Assembly: GCA_014905635.1 (NCBI GenBank)
Contig: JABVCE010000019.1
Span: forward strand, 558,001-622,000
Length of the DNA: 64,000 nucleotides
Direction: 5' to 3'
DNA from: Scenedesmus sp. PABB004
Lineage: Eukaryota
Shown in pieces: positions 1 to 13,890 of the stretch (position 1 is the first letter of the stretch; each line of letters starts with the position of its first letter). Below the pieces are notes generated by a model that was not told the origin of the DNA, ran no database searches, and saw nothing but the letters and a program-made list of their open reading frames with translations. A program made the translations under genes and the position numbers.

Positions 1-914
1 AGGTGTACGAGCCGCTGCTGCTGGAGGGGAACGTTGACATTGTGATTGTGGGGCACGTGCACGCTTACGAGCGCACCAAGCCGCTCGCAGACTTTCAGGT
101 GGCGCCGCCGCGCGGCAGCTCACGCGGCTCCGTCGACAGAGTGCACTCGGCCGCTCAGCAGCGCGCGGCGCGTGGCAGGCACAGCCGAGCAGTCCTTGAC
201 GCCGCCACCGCCGTCGCCGCCGCTGCCGTGCAGGCGGATAACACTGGCTGCGCGCCAATGCACGTCACGATTGGTGATGGCGGCAACGTGGAGGGCATGG
301 CTGAGAGCTTCATCACAGGTGTGGGAGGGGTCGTGGAGGCGCGAGGCAGCTACAAAGGCAGTGACCCAGGCGCTTGCTCTCAGCCACGGCCTTGCGCTGG
401 GCGGCCTCACCGACGCCCGCCCGCGCCCGCCCCGCCCGCGCGCCCCACGCGCCATGCTGGTGCCCATGGCAGCCAACGGTAGCACCCCGAACTACAATTG
501 TTCCACGCCCGAGACTTACGCGTTTCCCTCGTACCAGCCACAGAGCTGCCTCACCTACCAGTCGGGCCCCGGCAGCGGCTGCGCTAACGACGCGCGCTGC
601 TTCTGCTACGCCAGCCAGGTGCGGCGCGCTCGCGCGGGCATGGGCTGGGGCCAGGCGGGGTGGCTGGCCGCCTGCGCCCGCCGCCCACCGCCCCACTCAC
701 ACCTCACCCCGCATCTCCCCCAACCCCTCGCCCACCTCCCAATTCCAAGCCGGCGTGGAGCGCATACCGCGAGCCGAGCTTTGGGCACGCCCGGCTGTAC
801 CTCAACAGCGCGACGAGCGCGGTATGGCAGTGGTTCCGCAACGACGGCGGCGTCATGACGCTGACAGATGAGGTGACCATCACGCGCGACCCGCGCTGCT
901 CCACTTCTGCCTAG
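1..914 (+). CDS. Purple acid phosphatase (PAP15/phytase-like), tandem copy 1; 3' exons only, 5' part outside the window
   Basis: Spliced exons read VYEPLL..GHVHAYER, HVTIGDGGNVEG, FCYASQ|PAWSAYREPSFGH; stop TAG 912-914; near-identical to copies 2 and 3. Confidence 0.9.
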
Positions 915-1624
915 CTCCCATCTGCCCGTCCACCCACATCACTGACTGTTACGGCAGACCATCAGGGGTGCTGTCGGGGCTTGTGAGGCCCGGCTCGTGG
1001 GGGGGGGGCATGGGTGGGGCTGCCGACGGGCTGCCTTGACAGGGCTTTGCACACCACGCAATATTATTGCGCGGCTCCCTCCCTTCCAGCTTGCTGCGCA
1101 CTTGCCTGGGGGCTGGCGGCATGTCCGGCCCAGGGCCCGGCCGCTTGAGGCCCGCGCGCTGATTTACGCACGCCGCAGCCGCACTCACGCGCGGGCTGTG
1201 ATTGGAGCGGAATCTGATCTTCTCTCCACGTCAAGCACTTGACACATCCGGATAGCTTGTGTAACAATGAACTCGTTGCTCGAGGGTCTGTGGCGGCGGC
1301 GGCGGCGGCAGCGGCAGAGGCGCAACGAGTCGCGCCGCGGCCGTCAACTCAGGCCCTGCGGTGACCCCTCCCGGCTGTGGTGCGCTCCTACCTCCCTCCT
1401 CCGGCGCCGTTGCTCACTCCCGCACCTCTGAACGCTGCACAGGCCGCGCACACGGCAGCGGCGCGGCAGCAGCGGCGACAGCTCACTCTTGCAATCCCTG
1501 CACGCCACAGCGTCCGGCCTGGCACGCCCGGCGCTGCACCTCAAAGATCATCGCGGTTGGCGCTTGGTGGCGCAGCTTGCGCAGCTAGCGCCGCAGCTGG
1601 AGCGTCGTGCTCACCGTCAGCAAG

Positions 1625-4600
1625 ATGCCGAGGGCCGCGGTGGCGGGCCCGAGCGTGCTCCTGGTCGCCCTGGCGGCGCTCTCTCTGGCGGGTGCCGTGA
1701 CCATCTCCCCCGACGGCCCACCGGCGCAGCGCGTGTACAACCAGAGCGGCGAGGTGTCGGGCGCTGTCCCCGAGCTCCCGTTCAACTACACGCAGACGCT
1801 GCCCAACGGCGTGACGCTGACCACCGTCAAGACCGCGCCCGGCTGCTCGCCCGAACAGGCGCGCTGGCCCCCCCGGAGCTGCGCGGCGCCGGGGGCGGCC
1901 GGTGACGCTGCTGCTGCTGCTGCTGCCGCTGCCGCCGCTGGCTGATGCGCGCCCCTGCTCTTGTGCAGGTGAGCGTGACGTTCTACGGCATTGACAAGAA
2001 CGGCTACGCCTCGGTGCTGGTGTCGTGGGCGACGTGCGACGCGGTGGTGAGCGGCTGGGCGTGGCGCGCGTGCGGCCGGCGGCGGCGGCAGCTGCTGCAG
2101 GCCGCACCTGCAGGCCGCGCAGGCGACTCCCCTGGCGCGCCGTGTCCCCGCATCCAGGTGCAAACCACGGCGACGTCTGCCAACTGCACGGGCCCAGCCA
2201 AGCCGGGCACAGTGACGGGGCCGCTGTCGACGCGCGGCCTCACGTCGCAGGTGCGCCTCCCCGGCATTGCGCGTTCTGCCGCTTGCGCCACCGCTGCAGA
2301 GGCAACCAGTAAGCGCACGGACCTTGCCGCTCACCGTGCCTGCCTGCCGGCACCTTTCCGCCCTCGCCGCCAGGTCTACTGGGTGGCCGCCGCATCCAGC
2401 CACGGCAAGACGCGGCTCTCGCAGGGCAACTGCACCTCCTACGTGACACGCTATGCTCCGCAGTATGATGCGATGGTGTACGCCAGCCCGCTGCTGCACC
2501 ACGTGCTGCTCGTCGGTGCGGCGCCTGCGCAGCGGGCGGCGCAGCGTGCGACGCATCGTCGCCCTCCGAGCGCGTGCTGCGCTTGGCCGCCGCGCCCCCT
2601 GCTGAGCCCCTGCTGCACCTCCATGCTCGCCCAGGCCTCAAGCCCGGCGTGCGCTACAACTACACCGTGGTGGACAGCGTGCTCGCGGCCAGCTCGAGCG
2701 GCAGCACGCCGCGCCCGCTCGCGCCGGGCGAGACCGGGCCACACCCCTTCTCTGGCCAGTTCATTGTGCGCAGCGCTGCGGGGGCCGGGCTGGGGCGCGC
2801 CCATGTCCCGCCGCGCCAGGTCGCCCGGTCGGCCGCGCGCACGCCAGCGCAATGCTCTCACTTGCTGCCGCCGCCGCTGTGCGCGCTCACCGTGCGGCCG
2901 CAGGCGCCCGGTGCTGCGCCCGGGGAGAGTCCCTTTCCCTTCCAGATTGGGGTCATTGGTGCGGGGCCGGGGGCTGGGGCTGCATGGGTTTGCAGCGCAA
3001 GCGGCTCGGCTCTGCGCCGCCGCTCGCGCTGCCCCACACTGCCGCTGCGCCACGCTGGCGCCGCAGGCGACCCCGGGCAGACCGCCAACACGACCACCGT
3101 GATGCAGCACCTGATGGCGCCGTGGGGCCTCACGGCACCGCGTCGCGCGTGGAACAAGGGTGGCATGGATCTGCTGATGATCCAGGGCGACCTCAGGTGA
3201 GGGGCATGGGCTCCACACACTACCGCGCTGTGCCGCTGGTCACGAGCACGCCTGCACACCAACCTGACCACCCGCCGCCGCCCACGTGCCGAACCGCAGC
3301 TACGCAGATCGCTCAGACCTGCCAGGAGTCACGCCGGCGGGTTGCAAGATGTGCAACGCCAGCGACACTCACGAGTTTGACTATGGCCCCAGGTGCGGCT
3401 GCCACGATTCACCTCAGCCTGCGCCGGCATGCGCGCTGTGCGCCGCTGCAGCCGGGGTCGTCGCGCCACGGACAAGAGGGTGCCCGCGCCGCGTCGCAGG
3501 TGGGACACGTGGGGCCGGCTGTTCCAGCCGCTGCTGTCGGCGGTGCCAACAATCGTGATTCCCGGCAACCACGAGGTCGCCTTTGAGCCCGACCCGCTGG
3601 TTGCGCCGATCGACATCCCTCTGCGCCAGGTCTGAGGGTGCTGGGGGCACAGGGTGTTTGCTGTTGTACCTCAAATCACAGCAGTCTCAGCGCTCAATCC
3701 TGTCTGCACTCCGCCACGCAGGCGACCTACAATGCACGCTACCCACAGGCGGTGCGCGGGCCACGCAACGCACCCGACGCAACGACGCTCGGCCCCGCGA
3801 CCTCCGCGACGCCCTGGGCCAACGCGTATTACTCGGTCTCCGTGCCGGGCGTCGCGACCTGGATCGGGCTCTCCAGCTACAGCCCTGCGGAGATTGCCAA
3901 CAGCAGCACCAGCAATGGCTTCACGAAGAACAGCGCGCAGTTCAAGTGGCTCCAGCGCACGCTCGCGGTGCGGCACACGCAGGGGGCTTTGACCCAGGGC
4001 GCCGCGCATTCGCTCGCGCCCCCGCCCCGCCCGCGCCCGCCGTGGCTGACCGGGTCAACCGCCGCCGCCGGGCGCGCCAGGCGGTCAACCGCACCGCGAC
4101 GCCGTGGGTGATTGTGAGCTTCCATGCGCCCTGGTTCAACACGTATGCCAACCACTTTAAAGAGAATGAGTGCATGCGCCAGGCGAGCGCACATGCGGCG
4201 TGGCCAGCGCGCTGAGGCCTGCACTGGCACGACCTGCTCAGCGCTCACCCCGTGTGCGCCGCGCCGCAGGTGTACGAGCCGCTGCTGCTGGAGGGGAACG
4301 TTGACATTGTGATTGTGGGACACGTGCACGCGTACGAGCGCACCAAGCCGCTCGCCAACTTCCAGGTGGCGCCGCGCGGCAGCTCACGCGGCTCCGTCGA
4401 CAGAGGGCACTCGGCCACTCAGCAGCGCACGGCGCGTGGCAGGCACAGCCGAGCAGTCCTTGACGCCGCCACCGCCGTCGCCGCCGCTGCCGTGCAGGCG
4501 GATAACACTGGCTGCGCGCCAATGCATGTCACGATTGGTGATGGCGGCAACGTGGAGGGCATGGCTGAGAGCTTCATCACAGGTGTGGGAGGGGTCGTGG

Positions 4601-5191
4601 AGGCGCGAGGCAGCACCAAAGGCAGACCCAGGCGCTTGCTCTCAGCCACGGCCTTGCGCTGGCCGACGCCCGCCTGTGCCCGCCCTGCCCGCGCGCCCCA
4701 CGCGCCTTGTTGGCTGCCATGGGCACATGGCAGCCAACGGTAGCACCCCGGACTACAATTGCTCCACGCCCGAGACGTACGCGTTTCCCTCGTACCAGCC
4801 GCAGAGCTGCCTCAGCTTCCAGTCGGGCCCCGGCAGCGGCTGCGCGGGCGGCACGCGTTGCTTCTGCTACGCCAGCCAGGTGCGGAGCGCTCGCGCGGGC
4901 TTGGCTCGGGCTGGGGCCAGGCGGGGTGGCTGGCCGCCTGCGCCTGCCGCCCCCCGCCCCACTCACACCTCACCCCGCGTCTCCCCCAACCCCGCCACCG
5001 CCCCCCAAATCCAACGCCCCCACCAGCCGGCGTGGAGCGCATACCGCGAGCCGAGCTTTGGGCACGCCCGGCTGTACCTCAACAGCGCGACGAGCGCGGT
5101 CTGGCAGTGGTTCCGCAACGACGGCGGCGTCATGACGCTGACAGATGAGGTGACCATCACGCGCGACCCGCGCTGCTCCACTTCTGCCTAG
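1625..5191 (+). CDS. Secreted purple acid phosphatase (PAP15/phytase-like), tandem copy 2, about 15 introns
   Basis: Signal peptide MPRAAVAGPSVLLVALAALSLAGA. All five PAP metal-ligand motifs appear after splicing: GDPG, GDLSY, GNHE, VSFH, GHVH. Also PEQ|VSVT and RWDTWGR; stop TAG 5189-5191. Confidence 0.93.
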
Positions 5192-5906
5192 CTTCCATCT
5201 GCCCGTCCACCCACATCACTGACAGTTGCGGCAGACCATCAGGGGTGCTGTCGGGGCTTGTGAGGCCCGGCTCATGGGGGGGGGGGGGGGATGGGTGGGG
5301 CTGCCGACGGGCTGCCTTGACAGGGCTTTGCACACCACGCAATTTTATTGCGCGGCTCCCTCCCTTCCAGCTTGCTGCGCACTTGCCTGGGGGCTCGCGG
5401 CATGTCCGGCCCAGGGCCCCGGCCGGTTGAGGCCCGCGCGCTGATTTACGCACGCCGCAGCCGCACTCACGCGCGGGCTGTGATTGGAGCGGAATCTGAT
5501 CTTCTCTCCACATCAAGCACTTGACACATCCGGATAGCTTGTGTAACAATGAACTCGTTGCTCGAGGGTCTGTGGCGGCGGCGGCGGCGGCAGCGGCAGA
5601 GGCGCAACGAGTCGCGCCGCGGCCGTCAACTCAGGCCCTGCGGTGACCCCTCCCGGCTGTGGTGCGCTCCTACCTCCCTCCTCCGGCGCCGTTGCTCACT
5701 CCCGCACCTCTGAACGCTGCACAGGCCGCGCACACGGCAGCGGCGCGGCAGCAGCGGCGACAGCTCAATCTTGCAATCCCTGCACGCCACAGCGTCCGGC
5801 CTGGCACGCCCGGCGCTGCACCTCAAAGATCATCGCGGTTGGTGCTTGGTAGCGCAGCTTGCGCAGCTAGCGCCGCAGCTGGAGCGTCGTGCTCACCTTC
5901 AGCAAG

Positions 5907-8900
5907 ATGCCGAGGGCCGCGGTGGCGGGCCCGGGCGCGCTCCTGGTCGCCCTGGCGGCGCTCTCGCTGGCGGGTGCCGTGACCATCTCCCCCGACGGCC
6001 CACCAGCGCAGCGCGTGTACAACCAGAGCGGCGAGGTATCGGGCGCTGTCCCCGAGCTCCCGTTCAACTACACGCAGACGCTGCCCAACGGCGTGACGCT
6101 GACCACCGTCAAGACCGCGCCCGGCTGCTCGCCCGAGCAGGCGCGCTGGCCCCGGAGCAGCGCGGCGCCGGGGGCGGCCGGTGACGCTGCTGCTGCCGCT
6201 GCTGCCGCTCGCCGCTGGCTGATGCGCGCCCCTGCTCTTGTGCAGGTGAGCGTGACGTTCTACGGCATTGACAAGAACGGCTACGCCTCGGTGCTGGTGT
6301 CGTGGGCGACGTGCGACGCGGTGGTGAGCGGCTGGGCGTGGGCGCGTGTGCGGCCGGCGGCGGCGGCAGCTGCAGGCCGCACCTGCAGGCCGCACCTGCA
6401 GGCCGCGCAGGCGACTCCCCTGGCGCGCCGCGTCCCCGCACCCAGGTGCAAACCACGGCGACGTCTGCCAACTGCACGGGCCCAGCCAAGCCGGGCACCG
6501 TGACGGGGCCGCTGTCGACGCGCGGCCTCACGTCGCAGGTGCGCCTGCCCGCCTTCTGCGTTCTGCCGCTTGCGCCACTGCTGCAGAGGCAACCAGTAAG
6601 ATCATGGACCGCGCCGCTTACCGCGCCTGCCTGCCGGCGCCTCCCCGCCCTCGCCGCCAGGTCTACTGGGTGGCCGCCGCATCCAGCCACGGCAAGACGC
6701 GGCTCTCGCAGGGCAACTGCACCTCCTACGTCACACGCTATGCTCCGCAGTATGATGCGATGGTGTACGCCAGCCCGCTGCTGCACCACGTGCTGCTCGT
6801 CGGTGCGGCGCCTGCGCAGCGGGCGGCGCAGCGTGCGACGCATCGTCGCCCTTTGAGCGCGTGCTGCGCTTGGCCGCCGCGCCGCCTGCTGAGCCCCTGC
6901 TGCACCTCCATGCTCGCCCAGGCCTCAAGCCCGGCGTGCGCTACAACTACACCGTGGTGGACAGCGTGCTCGCGGCCAGCTCGAGCGGCAGCACGCCGCG
7001 CCCGCTCGCGCCGGGCGAGACCGGGCCACACCCCTTCTCTGGCCAGTTCATTGTGCGCAGCGCCGCTGCGGGGGCCGGGCTGGGGCGCGCCCATGTCCCG
7101 CCGCGCCAGGTCGCCCGGTCGCCCGCGTGCGCGCCAGCGCGGCACTCACTTGCTGCCGCCGCCGCCGTGCGCGCTCACTGTGCGGCCGCAGGCGCCCGGT
7201 GCTGCGCCCGAGCAGAGTCCCTTTCCCTTCCAGATTGGGGTCATTGGTGCGGGGTCGGGGGCTGGGGCTGCATGGGTTTGCAGCGCAAGCGGCTCGGCTC
7301 TGCGCCGCCGCTCGCGCTGCCCCACACTGCCGCTGCGCCACGCTGGCGCCGCAGGCGACCCCGGGCAGACCGCCAACACGACCACCGTGATGCAGCACCT
7401 GATGGCGCCGTGGGGCCTCACGGCACCGCGTCGCGCGTGGAACAAGGGTGGCATGGATCTGCTGATGATCCAGGGCGACCTCAGGTGAGGGGCATGGGCT
7501 CCACACACTACCGCGCTGTGCCGCTGGTCACGAGCACGCCTGCACACCAACCTGACCACCCGCCGCCGCCCACGTGCCGAACCGCAGCTACGCAGATCGC
7601 TCAGACCTGCCAGGAGTCACGCCGGCGGGGTGCAAGATGTGCAACGTCAGCAACACGCAAGAGTTTGACTATAGCCCCAGGTGCGGCTGCCACGATTCAC
7701 CTCAGCCTGCGCCGGCATGCGCGCTGTGCGCCGCTGCAGCCGGGGTCGTCGCGCCACGGACAAGAGGGTGCCCGCGCCGCGTCGCAGGTGGGACACGTGG
7801 GGCCGGCTGTTCCAGCCGCTGCTGTCGGCGGTGCCAACAATCGTGATTCCCGGCAACCACGAGGTCGCCTTTGAGCCCGACCCGCTGGTTGCGCCGATCG
7901 ACATCCCTCTGCGCCAGGTCTGAGGGTGCTGGGGGCACAGGGTGTTTGCTGTTGTACCTCAAATCACAGCAGTCTCAGCGCTCAATCCTGTCTGCACTCC
8001 GCCACGCAGGCGCACTACAATGCACGCTACCCACAGGCGGTGCGCGGGCCTCGCAACGCGCCCGACGCAACGACGCTCGGCCCCGCGACCTCCGCGACGC
8101 CCTGGGCCAACGCGTATTACTCGGTCTCCGTGCCGGGCGTCGCGACCTGGATTGCGCTGTCCAGCTACAGCCCTGCGGAGATTGCCAACAGCAGCACCAG
8201 CAATGGCTTCACGAAGAACAGCGCGCAGTTCAAGTGGCTCCAGCGCACGCTCGCGGTGCGGCACACGCAGGGGGCTTTGACCCAGGGCGCCGCGCTGCCG
8301 CCCGTGCTCGCGCCCGCGCCCGCCTCCCACGCCCGCTGAACGCCGCGGTTGACCGCGTCAACCGCCGCCGGGCGCGCCAGGCGGTCAACCGCACCGCAAC
8401 GCCGTGGGTGATTGTGAGCTTCCATGCGCCGTGGTACAACACCTATGTTAGCCACTTCAAAGAGAATGAGTGCATGCGCCAGGCGAGCACGCACGCTGCA
8501 GAGCCAGCCAGAAGCTGCTGCTAACAGGCAGCTTGCACTGGCACGGCCTGCTCAGCGCTCACCCCGTGTGCGCCGAGCCGCAGGTGTACGAGCCGCTGCT
8601 GCTGGAGGGGAACGTTGACATTGTGCTCCTGGGCCACGTGCACGCGTACGAGCGCACCAAGCCGCTCGCAGACTTTCAGGTGCGCGACAACTCGCGCGAC
8701 GCTGCCGTCCGGTCGCACTGGGCCGCTCAGCGCGCGGCGAGCAGCAGGCAAGGGTGAGCTGCCTCGTTGACGCCGTTGCCACCGCCGCTGCGCAGGTGGA
8801 CAGGGGGGGCTGCGCGCCGATGCACGTCACAATCGGTGACGCCGGCAACGTGGAGGGCGTCGCGAGTGCTTTCATCACAGGTGAGGAGGCTCGCAAGGGG

Positions 8901-9456
8901 CCTGCCGCTGCTCTTAGCCGCGGCCTGGCGCCGGCCGCCCAACCAAAATCCCCCCTGCGCCCGTCGCCCGCCTCCGCCCTCGCTGCTCACACCGACGACC
9001 GCCGTGATGCAGCCAACGTGACCGGCCCGTATCTCAATTGTTCGACGCCCGAGACGTACTCCTTCCCCCCCTTCCAGCCGCAGCAGTGCTTCACCTATCA
9101 GTCGGGCCCCGGCAGCGGCTGCGCCGCCGACGCGCGCTGCTTCTGCTACGCCAGCCAGGTGCGGAGTGCTCGCGTGGGCTTGGCTCGGGCTGGGGCCGGG
9201 CGGGCGGGCGGCCGCCTGCGCCTGCCGCCCACCGCCCCCCTCACACCACCCCGCATCTCCCCCAACCCCTCGCCCACCTCCCAATTCCAAGCCGGCGTGG
9301 AGCGCGTACCGCGAGCCGAGCTTTGGGCACGGCCGGCTGTACCTCAACAGCGCGACGAGCGCGGTCTGGCAGTGGTTCCGCAACAATGGCGGCGTCATGA
9401 CGCTGACAGATGAGGTGACCATCACGCGCGACCCGCGCTGCTCCGCTTCTGCCTAG
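5907..9456 (+). CDS. Secreted purple acid phosphatase, tandem copy 3 (more diverged 3' half)
   Basis: Same exon structure and five motifs; ATG 4282 bp after the copy 2 ATG; stop TAG 9454-9456. Confidence 0.93.
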
Positions 9457-9648
9457 CTCCCATCTGCCCGTGCACCCACATCACTGACTGTTACGGGCTG
9501 TGATTCAAGCGGGCTGTGATTGGAGCTGATGCCGACCTTCTCGCAACAGCGAGTGCTTGCTGTTATTGTGTCAAGAGCTACCTGGCCGTTCGCAACCGGC
9601 TAGTGTGTGTGTGTGAAAAGACAAAGACAAAGATAGTTACACCACAGG

Positions 9649-9794
<146 letters not shown>

Positions 9795-10124
9795 TAAACT
9801 TGGCGCGTCCCGGACGGGACCACTCAGCATAAGATCACAGGAGCAACAGACCACGCGCAGGGCTCGAGATCAGAGAAGGCTGCATGCAGCCACCGATCGC
9901 GTCAGCATGTCCCCAGCGCGTTCAGTCAAAAAGCGCCCCATATTGACGGAGCCAGACAGGAGTCTATCAAAGCATCCGATCCCAAAAAATCTGCCCAGCT
10001 GCTGCCGCCAACGCCGCCGCCCGGCGAGCTCCCCCCGGGCGTCGCCGCCTGCCCGCGATTGCCGCGCGTGGCAGCGCCGGCTGGCCTCACCCCAGCTCGA
10101 GGTGGCGTCCCGGACGGCGCGGCC

Positions 10125-11759
10125 TCAGCGCTCGACACGCTCGGACGCGCCGGTGGGCGCGCCGCGGATCGCGTCGGCGGCGGCAAGGTGCTCCAGCAGC
10201 ACCGCGTGGTAGCGCCGCGCCCAGGGCAGCAGGCCCATGTGACCTGGCGCCGCGGCGGCGCGCGTCGGGGCGCGCGTGCGAGCGGCGGGCGCGCGCCCTT
10301 GCAGCGGCGCGGCCCGCCCACCGCGCGCCGTTTGAATTCACACCTGAGGGGAAGGTGACCGTGCGGGCGCGGAGCTTGGCGGCGAGCTCGAGCTGCATCG
10401 CGGGCGGGATGAGCCGGTCCTGCTCCGCCACCAGGCAGAGGATCGGCGCGCCGCCGTCGCGCAGCAGCGCGAGCTGCCGCGCGCTCAGCCAGTGGCGCAG
10501 CGCGACGCAAGCGTGGCACGCGCCGGCGGCGTGGTCGGAGAAGGTCCACAGCAAGTCAAAGTTGGCAAGCCAGGCGCGGCTGTACACCTGTGCACACGGC
10601 GGCCGCCGCGGTTTCTGGGGGGGGGGGGTGAGCGGCGGCGCTCGCCCGCTGGCGGAGCAGGGGCGGCGCCGCGCCCCCCACCTGCTCGTACGTCTCCCCG
10701 CACGGGTGCAGCGACGCGAGCAGCCCTCGGCTGAGCAGCAGGCGCGTCAGCCGCCGCACGAGCGCGGGGCGGGGGCCGGCGTACCACGCGGCCAGCAGCG
10801 GCCGCAGCACCTGTGCAGCGGCGGCGGCGCGGCGATGCTCGCCACGCGTGCGCGGGCGCGTGCGCGCGCGTGGGCCACGCGCCGCCGCGCGCCTGCGCGC
10901 ACCCAGGGCTGGATCAGCGGGGCGAGCAGCCCGCCCATGGGGCGCAGGCCGCGGCACGTGACGCCGAGGCTCAGCGACGCGAGCCGCCCCGCGGCCAGGA
11001 GCAGCAGCGCCAGCTCCTGGGCGACCATGCCGCCCATGCTGACCCTGCGGGGACGGGGCGACGGCAGGGCGCGCGCGGTCGGCGCGGCGTCGCCGGCGTC
11101 ACTGGCGCGCGCGGCGCGCAGCGCGCCAGGCCCCGCCGCGCAGCGCGCTCGCCACCGCCGCCGCCGCCGGGGAGCCGCCGCCGCCGCGCCGCACCCGTAC
11201 ACGTGTAGCGCCGCGGCGGGGCCCCACAGCGCGTCGGCGACCGCCAGCGCGTCGCGCGCCAGCAGCTCGCTGCTCTGCGGCGCGAGGCTGGGCGGCCCGC
11301 TCTTGCCGACGCCCCTGTGGTCGTACGTGGCGACCTCGCGGCCCCCCTCGTCGGCCAGGTGCCGGGCCGTGCTGGAAAAGTGGGCCTGCGCGAGAGGGAG
11401 CGAGCGATTAATCGGGGGCCGGGCCGGGGCGGGCGGCGTGAGCCGCTGGCAGCGGGCGCGCGGGCCCTGCAGGCGGCGCGGGTGATGCGCCGTTGGGCGA
11501 CGCCGGCGGCGCGGGTGACGCCGGCGGCGCGGGTGATGCGCCGCGCCGCCGTCGCTGGGGCTGCGCGAGGGAGCTCCCCGGGACCGCCAGAGCGCGCCGC
11601 GGCTCGCGCCTTGGTGCCAAACGCGCCCATGATGATGAGCACCGGCGCGCCGCTGCCCGCGCCGCACGGCGGCCGATACCGCTCAAAGTGGACCGCGACC
11701 CCCGGCTCCACCTCCACGTGCCCTTCCGCGTCGGGGAACGCGACTGCGAGCGGGTCCAT
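10125..11759 (-). CDS. Alpha/beta-hydrolase fold protein (Abhydrolase_1 type), multi-exon
   Basis: MDPLAVAF..PVLIIMGAFGTK|AHF..YDHRGVGKS; nucleophile elbow HVYG|VSMGG; acid AEQDRLIPP; His SGHMG; stop TGA 10125-10127. Confidence 0.88.
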
Positions 11760-12134
11760 GCGGGCCCTGGAGCGGCGTCGGTGCCTCAACGGCGCGCGCG
11801 GCCGCCGCGCGGCGCAGGGGCCCTGGCGGGGCGCCGCTGCGACGGGGAGAGAGGCAATGCGTGATCAGTCGATGTGCCGCGCCCGCGCGGAGACATCTCG
11901 CGCTGGTTGCGGAGCGGCCGCCGCGCGGTTCGGGCGCGCGTCACTGACGGCGCGCCTTTGAAGGCGGAGTGACTGTCGTGTTTGTCCCGTGTGAGCGCCT
12001 GAGAGTTCTGGCACCGAACAATCTGAGTGCTGCGGGGCGGCCGCGGGTTACGCAGCCCTGCAGCCCCTCCCGCCGCGCAGCGCCGCTTGCGCAGCGGCGG
12101 CCGCGCGGCGGCCCCCAGCCCCGCGCCGCGCCGG

Positions 12135-13843
12135 TCACACGCGGTTGAGGCGCGTGATGCGGCCGAGCGCCTCGCCCAGCGTCTCGTCGCGCGCCTTGGG
12201 CACCTGCGCGGGCGGCGGCGGCGCGCGTGCGACGGCTGGAGCAGCGGGGCCGCGCCGCGCCGGGCGGCGCCGTCCGTCACTGCGCGCAGCACGCTCCGAG
12301 GCGGAGGGGCTGTCAAAGGAGCCGGCAGCCCACCCACCCTGAGCGACTCTTTGAGGTATTTGCTCGCGGCGTGGTCCGCCCTGCCGGCCGGGGCGGGCGC
12401 GCGCCGGGGAGCGGCGGCGTGGGCGGAGGCCGCGGCGGCGCCGCACGGCGGCGCAGGGGCGCCCCGTGCCCACCTGTGGCACAGCACGCGGAGCAGCACG
12501 TGCTCCGCCTCGCCCACGTCGCCTCCCGCCGCGACGATGGCCGCGGCGCTGGGCGGCGGCGACGCCGCCGCGCCGCGCCCGCCGGCGGACGCGCCGCGCG
12601 GGCTCGCGCCCCCGCCGCTCGCGCCGGCAGCCCCGCGAGGGCGGCCGCGGCGGCGCCGCCGCTGCCCCCGCCGCCGCCGCTGCCGGTCGGCCGGTGGCGC
12701 GCGCCGGCGAGCGGGCCCAGCTGCTGCTGCGGCGCCGCCGCGCCGCGCGGGCTGCCGCCCGGCGCCGCGGCAGCAGGCCCAAGTCCCGACAACAGCAGCG
12801 CATGCCGCGCCGCGCGGTGCGCGTCCAAGAGGTCCGGGGTGGCGCGGCGCATCACGACCAGCAGCGCCGACACGCCCGCCAGCGCGGCCGTGATGTCCTG
12901 CGCGCGGCGGCGGCGCGGCGCGCGGCGCGGGCGTGGTCCTGTGCGCGGCGGGGCCGGCGTGCGGCGGCCGGCCGCGCAGCGCTGCCCGGCAGCTGCGGGG
13001 GCCGGCCGCGGGGCTGGGCCCTCGCCCCGCGCGCCGCCCGCCTGCATACTCACCTGCATGGCCAGGCCGTCGCCGTCGGCAAAGAAGAGGCGCCGCAGGC
13101 CGTCCAGGTCCTCCTCCAGCGCCGCCACGTCAGCGGGGACGTACCTGTCAGGGGGGAAGGCACGGCGCGCGGTGAGAGCGCGGCGCCACGCGCCGCCGCG
13201 CGGTGAGAGCGCGCGCCGCCGCGCGCGCCGCCCGGCCGTCGCGCGCCACCGCGCACCAGCGGCAGGGCCCGCCGTCCAGCAGCGCGCGCTCGAGCGCGGC
13301 CGCCGCCTCGCGCAGCAGCGCGCCCGCCGCGGCGAGGCGCGGCCCGTGCGGCAGCAGGCTGAGGGGGCCGGCCAGCGTGGCGCCGAGCCCCTCCAGCAGC
13401 CAGTCGATACGGCAGCGTGTCACGCGGTGCCTGAGCCACGCGGCGGGCGGCGCGGGGCGGCGGTCGGAATGCGGCGGGCGAGCGTGCCGCCGCGCCGTGC
13501 CGCGCCGGGCCGCGCCGCGCCGCGCCGCCGCCGGCGCACCTGTACAGCAGCTCGCACCAGCCGGCGCGCTGCTCCCACCACACCAGGCGCGCCGCCAGCC
13601 AGCGCATCACGCCCGCGGCGCCGACGCGCAGCGACTGCCCCGCCGCCTCGAGCAGCGCAGCAAACACCTCCTCCTGCCCGCGCCCCGCGCCGCCGCCGCT
13701 GAGCAGCCCCGCGCCGCGCGGCGCGCCGGGCGGCGGCGCGCCGCCCGCGCCCCAGCCGCCGCCCCAGGCGCCCGCGCCGCCGGCGCTCGCCGGCGCCGGG
13801 CCGCCGGCGCTGGGGGTGGGGCTGCGAAAGGGGTTGTCGTAGC

Positions 13844-13890
<47 letters not shown>

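Larger units (their letters stand above)
1..9495 (+). repeat. Head-to-tail tandem duplication, unit ~4.28 kb, at least 3 copies
   Basis: Intergenic 915-1624 is repeated at 5192-5906; stops at 914, 5191 and 9456. Confidence 0.95.
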
